From Sphaeroforma arctica JP610 (lineage: Eukaryota): a DNA stretch of 33,437 nucleotides. Under the pieces are notes generated by a model. That model was given only the letters and a program-made list of their open reading frames with translations, made no database searches and was not told the DNA's origin. The DNA lies in the NCBI RefSeq assembly GCF_001186125.1, contig NW_014040173.1, forward strand, positions 1-33,437, in the 5' to 3' direction. The translations under genes were made by a program, and so were the position numbers. Of this stretch, positions 1 through 9,752 are shown piece by piece. Within the stretch, counting starts at the first letter, position 1; each line of letters opens with the position of its first letter.

Positions 1-45
1 TTATACACTATGTAGTATACATATTAACCTAGTATAGCCTTAAAC

Positions 46-1541
46 TCATCTTTTGCCTTTTGGAGTGCTTTGGTAAATTTTTTTTTCTAGCTCTTCATCA
101 TAATCAACTTCTAGTATTGCTTTCTTGAGTTCCAGTACTTCTTTTGAAAGTGTAGCTATGTCTCGCACGTTGTCGCTATCAATGAACATCTGTACCCGCT
201 TTAAAAATGTTTCGTTCATAGCTTCGTCGCTTTCCTTTGAATGCGCCAATTCTTTCATGGCCTGTTCTTTCCTCTTTAGCTCCTTTTCATGTTTGGCGCT
301 GCGTGTACGTCCGGTTGATGTTGTGGACACACCGGAGTCAGCGCAGTCAGAAACTTCTGTGTCTTCCCATTCAATCGCACTAGACATCCCAGTAGTTAGT
401 GGGCTTCCTGCAACAGCACAGAGTGCTTTTAAAGCACCCTCCCCACGTGGCAATATGTACGTATACAACACCAGTGCACAAATCTTACCATTAAAGAAAT
501 CCATAAATGTGGGTGCATGATGGCCAGATTTCTCCTTATTTGTTTGCACAATCCCAAAGCTAGATTTGGCATCTTTCCACCAAGAGATTAGTCTGTTTCT
601 CACGGCTGTCTTGCAAATAATGCCTCCAAACATCTTTCGGGCCTGTGTTGTAAATGTCATATCCATAGGATCGACTCGTCCTATTCGCTCAACCATGATC
701 TTCTGGGTAGCATTCAGGACATCCCAGTCCCTTTTCCACTGTTCGAGTGGAGGAGAGGCTGGATACTGCGACTTCTTTCTACGCCGTTCAGCTAACTTGT
801 CAGCGTGCTTAGTTACTCGTGCTCCTTATTGTCAAGCATAGCTCGTGTATCACCCTCTTCTAGTGATACAAGCCCGTCGTAGTGTTTCTCATCCGTAATA
901 ATTGCACAGAATCGTGCAAATGCATTGTCAGTCTTTCGAAGCGTCATCGCCTCATCCTTCAGTTTTAATGGAATTTCTTGTTTGTCTTTCTTCACCTTTG
1001 TCTTGCTTATTACTCTGTGCTTCTTCTTTGGTGTTATGTTTAGAGGGGTCGAGAGCCAATTAGGAGAGCCAGTTGTCGCTCTATCATTATCATACAACGC
1101 CTGATCTATTCGCTGTTTGGACTGGACGCTAAAACCCTTCTTGTCATGTACATCATAAACATGCTCTCGTGAATACATAATTTCGCCTGCTGCATCACGT
1201 TTGACAGGTACTCCTCTAACGGTAAGACTTAGCATTTCTTCCCTTCGTATGTGTTCTTTGTACGCCGATTCACGAAGCCATGCTGAATAATTTGGCTGTT
1301 GTGTGCGCCTCGTTACATTCTTTGTCTCTCTTTGAAAATCTGTCTCTCCTTGCGAATCCGATGAAGTACTTGAAGAGCTCGAAGACGCTTGAGAGGTGAT
1401 CGCCATCGATTGATTCGACGGCGGTGTGCTAGTATTCTGCATAGGATTGGTTTCAATCCCTGAGGAAGTCGATGCCGTGTGCTGCGTCCCCATAGTATTC
1501 GGGTTCGATACTGCATTAACCTGCTGTTGCGATGCCGACAT
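46..1541 (-). pseudogene. Frameshifted hypothetical protein (ORFs 813-1541 + 46-~812); possibly a transposon accessory protein
   Basis: Two same-strand ORFs are joined by one frameshift near 812-820: the 46-696 frame stays open upstream as VTKHADKLAERRRKK...WKRDWDVLN. The protein has a S/T/Q-rich N-terminus, motifs FARFCAII..D, R.MLD, WWKD..SSF and SGHHAPTFMDFFNG, and a coiled-coil-like C-terminus. Function is not recognisable with certainty. Confidence 0.45.
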
Positions 1542-3025
1542 GGTATAGTTTGCGAGTCAATAACACTTGTGCAATATGATTCCTTCATGTTCTTCGTTTT
1601 ATGTTCGTATTCGACTATGTTCCCTCTGTACTGTTTCCATAGATAATTGAGTGTGGATCTACCTATAACCGACAACTTCATATATATATGTGTGTGCACA
1701 ATTGAATTGAGCGCTCAAACCAATGAAAACACACAACATTTGACACCACATTTGTAAAAGGGCGGTTTTCCATTCTACCAATGAAAGGTTTTTACTCATT
1801 CTACGTCACAGTCGACAAACGTACTTTAACGGTACGTATTCTCGTTTTTCGTTAGCCTTTAACAACAAATTCTGAGCACCTTGCTGTTTAATGAAATTTC
1901 GAAAAACAAAAACTATGTGTTCTCATTGGTTGAAAAATACCTTTAATTAAACGGATTTATTGAAAACTCCTCGTTAAGAACCACCCTTATCCTAGGTATA
2001 AGGTTGTTATACCATGGAAGTGGTGTCCATGTAAATGTTCGTAAATCTCTGTGGTCGTTTATACTATGCTATAACTGTCTAATCTATCAGTACTAAACCT
2101 TGTACGTGTGTAAGATTCTGCTATCGCAATCAAATTAGCATTCACGGGTAAGATTATGAACGTGTGTGTATTTCTTATGAAAGCACTGATGTATGTCTAT
2201 TTCTATTGTTATTATATCATGTTTTAAACCTCTATTATTTGTTCTGATAAAAAATAACTCCAAGTTATTGTTAAATTACTATGCATTTCTAGTGAATGTC
2301 TGTCCTTTTGAAATCACGTGATCGTACCATGTCAAGTGCCCATGTGTGTGATTCAATTAGTGTTGTGTGTGCGGAAACCATGTAGTTGCCAAGCTCATGA
2401 CTTCCTCTATTATGTGTAAAAATACGAGTGCGGTAGCATGCTTATTTTTTGAGATATGCGTGTTTGTATGTATGTTATATGTTGGTTATTACATGTTTAT
2501 GTATGTTAACGTTTATATCGAACCGTTTAAAACAAATGTAAAACGTAAACGTATTCACATAAACGTTTTCCTTGAAAAAAAACCATGAAAAAGTCTGGCC
2601 CCATTTGTAGATCCCCTTTTTTAAAATATATAGTCAGACTAAAAGCGTAAAACGCATTAAACTAAAACCAATATGTTTATGACAGATTATACATCTCGCG
2701 CTTCTTCGTCTACGAGGGTGCAGAAGCCTGTCGGTATACTTGGTATTTGTTAAGTCAGTATACCCTTTTGCTTCCTTGTTTATTACAGGTTCAACGAAGC
2801 AGATAGAGGCCCCTCTTAATAATAAATGATGCTTAGAGACAACCTCTACATGCCGCGTGTAATCAACTCCTTCATATGTTTTGTAGAATTACCGTCGCTG
2901 GTATAAATATGATTACTTCTTGATGTGTTGTTAACTGGGTGTGTGTGTGGGAGTGTGGTGTGGTGTCCTCTGAAGCATATTCGAGTTGGGCGCGCATTCG
3001 GTGACTCCGTCACAGCGCCTTGCAC

Positions 3026-3145
3026 GTTCCGACTTCTACGTAATAGTGTTACATGTTCCGACTCTTGCGTAATGATGTTGTACAATTTCTGCCTCCTACG
3101 TAATGATGTATCAAGTTCCGACTTTTACGTACTGATGTTATCCAA
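3026..3145. repeat. Four degenerate ~29-31 bp tandem units (gttccgact.ctacgtaatgatgtt..)
   Basis: Units start at 3026, 3055, 3086 and 3115. Confidence 0.8.
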
Positions 3146-3213
3146 CTCAACACCACTCAGGGCGACTATGTAACACGCTCGAAGCTGCGGTTGCTCACCG
3201 ACTTTAGTGCTCA

Positions 3214-3380
3214 TGCAAAGTTCAATGCGCCGTGTCCTCAGGGTTGCTCGCCTCTAAGTAAGAATAAACAGGGTGCTCGCCCGCATTCTCAGCATCTAAA
3301 TAAACATATATGACAAATTTCAACGCTCTGTGTCCTCAGGGTTGCTCGCCACTGAGTTATAGTCAGCAGGGTGCTCGCCT
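3214..3380. repeat. Two ~68 bp direct repeats, period 98 bp (gtgtcctcagggttgctcgcc ... cagggtgctcgcc)
   Basis: gtgtcctcagggttgctcgcc occurs at 3232 and 3330. The sub-motif gg(t/g)tgctc(g/a)cc occurs five times between 3189 and 3379. Confidence 0.8.
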
Positions 3381-3840
3381 GTACTCTAGGCATATAGATA
3401 TCCTTGCCACACACAACCACCACTCATTGTTTAATGACTTCGTGCGTCGTATGTATAATATTCAAAGTTTTGTTTCATGCCTATGTATGTATAGTGTTGG
3501 GCTGTGGTATTCGTGTCGCATCAAGGACACTGTATCATATCACCAACATATCATTGGGGTGTATGAATGTTTTCGTAGTGTGGTCTGATAATGTAATTTA
3601 AGTATGCATATAAGTATAGGCGCAACGGTATCGGTTATGAGTTTTTATTATGTATGAATATCACTTATCTACTTACGATTGTGCTGTAGTATCATAGCCG
3701 CTGCCCTTGACCTATTTGAATGATATATAATATATAGGACTATTGTAATGCAAACTAATACACTATCCTGTCTATGTTTTGCAAGTACTGTGTGCATGCC
3801 TCAAAGTGTATCCTCTCGTGCAGTCGTCACTCATACATGT

Positions 3841-4368
3841 TTAACCTTGGACCAGCCGTCGCTGTCGTCGACTCTCTCGAGTTTGAATCCGCTTACGGTA
3901 TGCAGTCACCACGTTCGGATCATCAAAGGCATCCGCTGTCACCCATGTGGGAGAGCCCTCTAACCAGCGCATCAGGTACTCCGATTACTAAGTCGCCTCA
4001 TTGTGGCGGTGTAATATGATGTGCCGGAATGTTGATCCCCATTCTCTCCATAGTGATTCATCTAACGGTGGCTTCGTAGCTCGGTGAACTAACCGAATAA
4101 TCTCCACATTAACTTGACGGTCTCTGAGTTCCGGTGGTTTGTTGCCATCCTTGTCTCGTAAATGGTAACTCTGATTCATCGAATTTTTTGGTCTCAATTC
4201 TTGCATCTGTTGCACTGTGTCCGCTGGAGCAGGATGTCCTTGTTCATGAAACTGCCAAGTAAGCTGTACCCGGCGATTAGTTTCTTCATGTCCAGGATGA
4301 TTGATCAGTGCCGCCCCCGCACAAATTTCAGGCACCTGTTTCGCAATCTGGCGTGTACATCTGGTCAT
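3841..4368 (-). pseudogene. Integrase remnant (HH half of the zinc-binding motif, C-terminal region) plus chromodomain
   Basis: FHEQGHPAPADTVQQM, then directly SYHLRD...RQVNVEIIRLVH. Reading through two stops at 3985-3990 gives IILHRH..EYLMRWLEGSPTWVTADAFDDPNVVTAYRKR (chromodomain), ending with TAA at 3841. Confidence 0.75.
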
Positions 4369-4501
4369 GGCTGGTTGCGTTTATTTCTCTTGATAACGAT
4401 TATGAGCATCCTCACACACAGGAACTTCGAGACCCAAGTTACACCAAAATGATGGATAAACTTTATAACCCGATTGAGGGTCAATCGTACCACCACCGAA
4501 T

Positions 4502-4905
4502 TCATAGATACTTACCACATGCTTGTGTGCCATGCTTCAAGAACGTATGGGCTGTGCGCGGAATAAGCAATGGATCTGCTTGCATCATCGATAGAAGTAG
4601 AGGGAACCATGGCGCCCGTGTGTTCAATGGGAGACACACTGTCGCGGACGCCATATCCGTCAATACTTTACGAAGTACCTTATGAATAAGGCGCCATGGT
4701 GGGTTCATCCATGCATTGTACTTGCTCCGGTCAAATTTAAAAGCGCCTCCATCTTAATCGTATGGCCAGTACTGTCGTAGCTGATCATTGTGGCTTGATA
4801 CAAAGGCGTCAACGTCGTTAGGTCCGAAGTATTTTTGAGTCTGATCATTGGAATTGGGATACAACTTCCAGCACAATGTGTAGAAGATGGCGGGAAAGTT
4901 GATGT
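4502..4905 (-). pseudogene. Dam-like / DIRS-type DNA N6-adenine methyltransferase domain inside pol
   Basis: In frame with RNase H: FYTLCWKLYP..KYFGPNDVDAFVSSHNDQLRQYWPYD*DGGAFKFDRSKYNAWMNPPWRLIHKVLRKV..ATVCLP....PWFPLL. NPPW is at 4694-4705, with a single internal TAA at 4754-4756. Confidence 0.8.
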
Positions 4906-4929
4906 CCGCCATGCCTTCATGGACCCTGC

Positions 4930-5930
4930 TCCACATGTCTGGTAATTTATTCAGCTCACCAGGGACGTGTATTGTCACAAAACCGAATTACGCAAAGATG
5001 TGATGCCATCGTTGCAGCATGCTGTTCAATTTCAGTTGGGTGTTCATATATATCAGCGCCTTGTGGCCCATGTGCACGGTAAAGCGCTGGCCTATTAAAT
5101 GATCATGGAATTGGACCAATGCATATGTAAGCGCTAACAATTCCTTTATTTGTGTTGCGCATGTCTGCTGCGCCTTGCTGAGAGTCTTCAAAAAGAACAT
5201 CAGGTAGTGTTTGCGGCCGTCAATTAACTGAAATAATGCACCTCCGATACCATAATCATTGGCATCAGTATCTAATTCGAGTGGAACCCCGTCAACCGAA
5301 AAATTTAACTGTACCGCAGACAGGATTGATTCTTTCATCTGATCCCATGCCAATTGATGTTCTGGTTTCCAACAATCCCCAATCGGTTCCTTCGGCTTGA
5401 GTTTCGAGAACGATCGTAGTGGGGCCACTTTATGTGCAAAGTTAAGTAAATGCTCATGTAAAAAGTTCGCCAACCCCAATGCAGATGCTATGTCCCTTTG
5501 ACATCGCGGCACTGGCCAGTCGATCAACCGTTGTTGCTTTTCATGATCAACGTCAATTCCTTTCGTAGAAACCTTCTTCCCCAGGACCATAACCTCGCTT
5601 ACTGCAAAGTGACACTTCTACTGGTTACGCTTGAAGTTGTTCTCGGTAAGCCGTTGGATGACCTCTTCAACTGTTGCAATATGTTCCTCGATCGCTTGCC
5701 TCTTAAGTTACTAATAATCTCATCGACATTCGGGAACGTAAACTGGTCTCCCGGAATAAGGGCGTTGATCTGTCGCAAATCCAAACACACCCGAACCTTA
5801 ATGAGTTCCCCCGATGGTGTAAATGATGGTACTGCTAGTAAAGGCAGGTTGACCACTGACGCCGACGTGCGACGTTTGGCTACCAACTCATGCTCCCTTT
5901 TATGTACCTGTTGCGCGATGTGTGTTTTTT
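4930..5930 (-). pseudogene. pol: Reverse transcriptase (core deleted) and RNase H of Gypsy type
   Basis: VRVCLDLRQINA..FTFPNVDEII..LRGK joins directly (~5693) to IEEHIATVEEVIQRL..KCHFAVSEVMVLG. Downstream are DWPVP, LGLANF, LELDTDANDYGIGGALFQ, KELLAL, HKAL and IHVPGELNKLPDMWSR. Confidence 0.9.
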
Positions 5931-6588
5931 ACTTGTCTGACGCAAAGTTCCGTGTTTGTCGTCGAAGGCCCAAATGTTTATCTCGAGGTATGGGAAGGGA
6001 TACTTCGCTGCCTGGTAGAGTACATCGAGCCGCATTCAAAATGGTCTCGTTGGCATCTAAGTACTGTCGTAGTCGTTGCCGTACATCCTCAGGTTCAGAC
6101 AAGTCTGGTGCCATGCGAATGTCGATCGGTTCGAGTAGCTCATCCATAACATTACGATTGATTTCTGGAAATGGTGTTGATAGTCCAGTAAGACCTAAGC
6201 CCAATTCGCTCATAATATCCATTCCCAGAACTACATTAATATTATCGAGTAAGTTCATAAGATCAAACGTACAACCTGCAGCAGACTTTATACCATATTG
6301 AACCGTCGTGGCGTGTGTCTTGCCGAAAAGCGGAGTGCGGAACGATTTGTCCGCCAAGTATATGTAACTATTCTTAGCTGGTGGTGTAATAGACAGTTGC
6401 GCTTTTGCCGCGGATGCCTGAGTAATAACGGAGCGGTTCGCCCCCGTATCAATGAGTGTGCGCATCGCGTGTCCGTTGACTTGTAACGTAACATATATAC
6501 GGTTGTCAGTAGGGAACAATTTATCTTTTACTGCAAATATTTTTGTTGCCGTTTGACCAAACGTCACGCACGCGTTTAACTCAGACAC
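5929..6588 (-). pseudogene. Retroviral-type aspartic protease
   Basis: YVTLQVNGHAMRTLIDTGANRSVI ... VVLGMDIMSELG, i.e. the D(S/T)GA and ILGMD motifs. Confidence 0.9.
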
Positions 6589-6792
6589 CCCATTATCTCA
6601 ATTTGAACTTAGCTCCTCTTCCCAATCGGCTGGCCCTTGCTCGGCCTCCATCAACTCATCTTCACTGTCGACATACGACTGGTCGACCAAATCATGAATA
6701 TGCATCACCTCACTCTCTCCTACCTCTGCTGGCGTCGGATCAGGCATCTGAGCACCCCCATGCACGAGATTAACTCGACGTGTAATAGCCGG

Positions 6793-7557
6793 GCCTTCAC
6801 ATTAGACTCTATGGTATAAACGTACTTTTAAGCAATACGTAAACTATAAACGTACTCTTAATAGTACGAGGAACTTAAGTTTCCTAAAATAGTTTTTAAC
6901 GGTTTTTATTAATTAAATACCTTTTCCATTGTACATATCAGATATTTGGATACGGCCATTAAAAGGCCAGATTAAAATGCCAAATATATGATTTGGACTA
7001 GTTCTATTAATAGAACTGTGTTAACTTCCAAATCTATTTATATCTGAATACTTCGGTAGCGAGATGGCTCAACCGAATACAGGTTTCTAGGGACTATTAG
7101 CGTCACCTAGTTTAACCTCCGTTCAGCCAACCAGATGTGCCAGTCTGATGAAGGCTAAGTCGGTAATTTTTGATAAGTGTCAAGTTATTGGCTAATGCAA
7201 TAACTATGGACATCAAGAGTATTTTTTTTCTTCTTTTTCTTTTTTTCCAAAGATAGGATTTTATGAGTCTCTCGGATTCGCCCCAACGAAACATTCCATA
7301 GTTTCTAATAGAGCGACAACGAAACACTAAATAAAATCCCTTCGGCGAAAACAGCACTGAGAGCATTATATATAGTCAATGTCGCAGCCTCACAATCCCT
7401 CAGAGTATTGCTGTTTTCACCAGACATACCCAACTTTACTAAAAGACTCATTTCGTTTATTTATTTCGAATTTAACTATACTTAGACTGAACCTAAGCCT
7501 TTAATTACTCTAAGGCGTTAATATCGCCTTGATATAAAATCAGAGGGCGGAAAGTAT
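6793..7557. mobile_element. AT-rich ~770 bp insertion between gag and protease
   Basis: Abrupt composition change. Flanked by the direct repeat tagccgg (6786-6792 and 7558-7564; gta.tagccgg 10/11). Removal gives a continuous frame GGK*QAPAITRRVNLVHGGAQMP. Confidence 0.55.
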
Positions 7558-7570
7558 TAGCCGGCGCCTG

Positions 7571-9306
7571 TTATTTTCCTCCAGCTGATGTACGGTGTGG
7601 TGGCGCACCCCCATGTTGCGTATGGCTGCTCGCGTTAGCTGATGTCGGTGCTCTCCTTAACTTTGGACAATGTGGTGCGTGTGCTGGGCCAGGAGGGAGA
7701 TTTTGCTCACATGACCGACAACGAGCCCTAGGGTTCGATGCTGGCGGCGCATGCGAATTAGCTTGTGTGTTTTCCTCTACACGCATTCGTGTGCGTGAAC
7801 GTGATCCCCCAGGGATTTGTGGCGGTCGGGAAAGGTTTGCCCGACGGTGTTCTTCCGTCTGGTCAATATTCACGCGAAATACATCACACATTTGCGCCAC
7901 GGAATATTCTCGCCAGTTTGGGTGCATACGAAGAGTACCACGGTAATATGCACACCCCTGCAGTTTGATTGATTAGGTTGAGCATATCATGGTTGCGGTA
8001 CACTTGTAGCGGATTCTCATACTGTCGCATCTCCATAAAGTCTACTTTGCGTTCAAAATCTTGTGTCTCTAGCGGCACCGAAGGGCTTAATTTCATGCAA
8101 GCCAATACATTTCTGTATGCGTTATCCTCCAGATCTTGTTCGTGTGTGCGTACAATAAAAGTGGTGGCATCCTGAAACGACATGGACTGCAATTTTGTTC
8201 GTTCTCCACCATAAAGTCCAAGAGCGCCTTGGGTGCTTCTTCTTTCTGTAGTGATCTATGTAGGCCCATCTGTATAAGAATCGGGTCTATTTTGTGAAAT
8301 TTTGCATTCTTATGACAATCCAAGATAAATGCATGCAGCTGTATCTTCTGCGGATTATTAAAATAATAGCTGCCCTGTGGATTAGGTGGCCATTCCTTGG
8401 GTGTCGACCGTTATTGAGCAAGTTTACAATGTCTCGTTGAATGTGCGAATTAAACCCTGCAACGAACGAGCTTCTTCGGTGCGCCCCTCATCTTCTGCTT
8501 GCATCATTCGTTGGGTGAGTAGGAATACTTGCGTTTTCATCTCTACTGCAGTAAAATCAGGAATGCACGCCTCAGTAGGCGGTGATGTCTTACATCGTTT
8601 CACGTCTTGTGGGTCTTCTAGGTAGCGATCGTGGTGAACAGGAAAGTGCTTACGGTATGCAAGCGTATCGATAGGTACATTTGCATTATCTTGGCAGTTC
8701 TCCTTTTTTCTTCTGGAGATCGCGGACGACGATGTTGTTGTGATTTGTCCCGGAATGAATTTGCTGCCGCTTGACCGTGAGTAGGCTGTTGGCGTGGAGA
8801 TTTCATCACTCTGCGAAATGCCTCAAAAGACCGCTTCGCCGATGATGACAAATTATGAGGGGTAGCCATGTCCATGTGTAAGTCCGCTGGGTCCAATTTG
8901 TATTTACCAGGTGATTTCACCAAAGTTGTTGATTCCTGATACCGATCCGGACCATCAGCCGGCATCTCATCAGCAACCGCTCTATGCGCGTAACATGGTC
9001 GTTCTCGTAAGGAGCCACTTGGGGTACGGGCTTCGTGCGGCCACTCCTGCGTTTCACCGGGCTAATTTGCTTCATGTCGATAGCCTCGCTGCCAGGTGAC
9101 TAGTCGGTTGGTGTCGACTCTGCCTGTGTTGGATATTGAGGGGCCTAATGTTGTTGCACTGTTGGTTTGGCCTCAGTCTCAGAAAAAAGGTCATTCACTG
9201 TCGCCTGGGTCGTGTCCTGAGGCATCGACGTGTCAATATCTGCCAGTGACAATTGACAGAATTGGTGGAGTTGCTCTTCAATGAGGCGACCTTTTTTTCT
9301 TTGCAT
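7571..9306 (-). pseudogene. gag: gag-like region, fragmented; C-terminal zinc-knuckle-like motif
   Basis: Chain of minus-strand ORF pieces (8618-8965, 8093-8323, 7884-8192, 7571-7927) upstream of the protease. CRSCEQNLPPGPAHAPHC = Cx2Cx9Hx3C. Candidate ATG at 9306 (MQRKKGRLIEEQL). Confidence 0.55.
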
Positions 9307-9605
9307 CCTTCACTTTGGTGGGTGGCTGTTCCTTTTGTTAAGAGGTCCGGTTTTGTAACTGTGTGTTGTTGTCTCGTATCGATAGTGGTTGTCGTTGTGT
9401 GGTAGCAGATTGTGTATGGGAAAAGGTTTGTGTGTTAAGTGCGTCCGAGAAACATTTTCGGATTGTGATGAACCGTTGTTGGCTGTTTGCTGTGATGAAC
9501 TTTTCTTGACAGCATCGGTTCTGTCCAGCATCTGTCGATCCATGCGTTGAGATAAAGTCGATGGGTTTTCAATAAGTCACTCATACAAAGGAATGAACAC
9601 ATCCA

Positions 9606-9752
9606 AGGTACCTGCCACTGTTGAGGCTGAAGAATGGTAAAGGAAAAACAATAACTCATATAAATTTGTGATCACGAACACCAGTAGGCACCTGCCACTG
9701 TTGAGGCTGCAGAATGGTAAAGGAAAAACAAAAACTCATATAAATTTGTGAT
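9606..9752. repeat. 67-bp direct duplication, period 80 bp
   Basis: agg.acctgccactgttgaggctg.agaatggtaaaggaaaaaca.aactcatataaatttgtgat at 9606-9672 and 9686-9752. Confidence 0.9.

Larger units (their letters stand above)
3841..9306 (-). mobile_element. Degenerate Ty3/Gypsy (chromovirus-like) LTR retrotransposon internal region with an extra N6-adenine MTase domain
   Basis: Ordered minus-strand motifs: gag-like region with a Cys/His knuckle, protease LIDTGA, RT fragments, RNase H DTDANDYGIGGAL, MTase NPPW, integrase N- and C-terminal remnants, chromodomain. Multiple stops, frameshifts and deletions. No matching LTR pair was found. Confidence 0.9.

Noticed and set aside
3026..3380. CRISPR-like array
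   Set aside because: The units are degenerate and abut each other without unique spacers, the context is eukaryotic, and there are no cas genes.
5498..6301. 267-aa plus-strand ORF
   Set aside because: It is the antisense shadow of the protease/RT region and has no motifs of its own.
3841..9306. DIRS/Ngaro tyrosine-recombinase retroelement (suggested by the MTase)
   Set aside because: An aspartic protease, Gypsy-type RNase H, integrase remnants and a chromodomain are present, and no tyrosine recombinase motif was seen.
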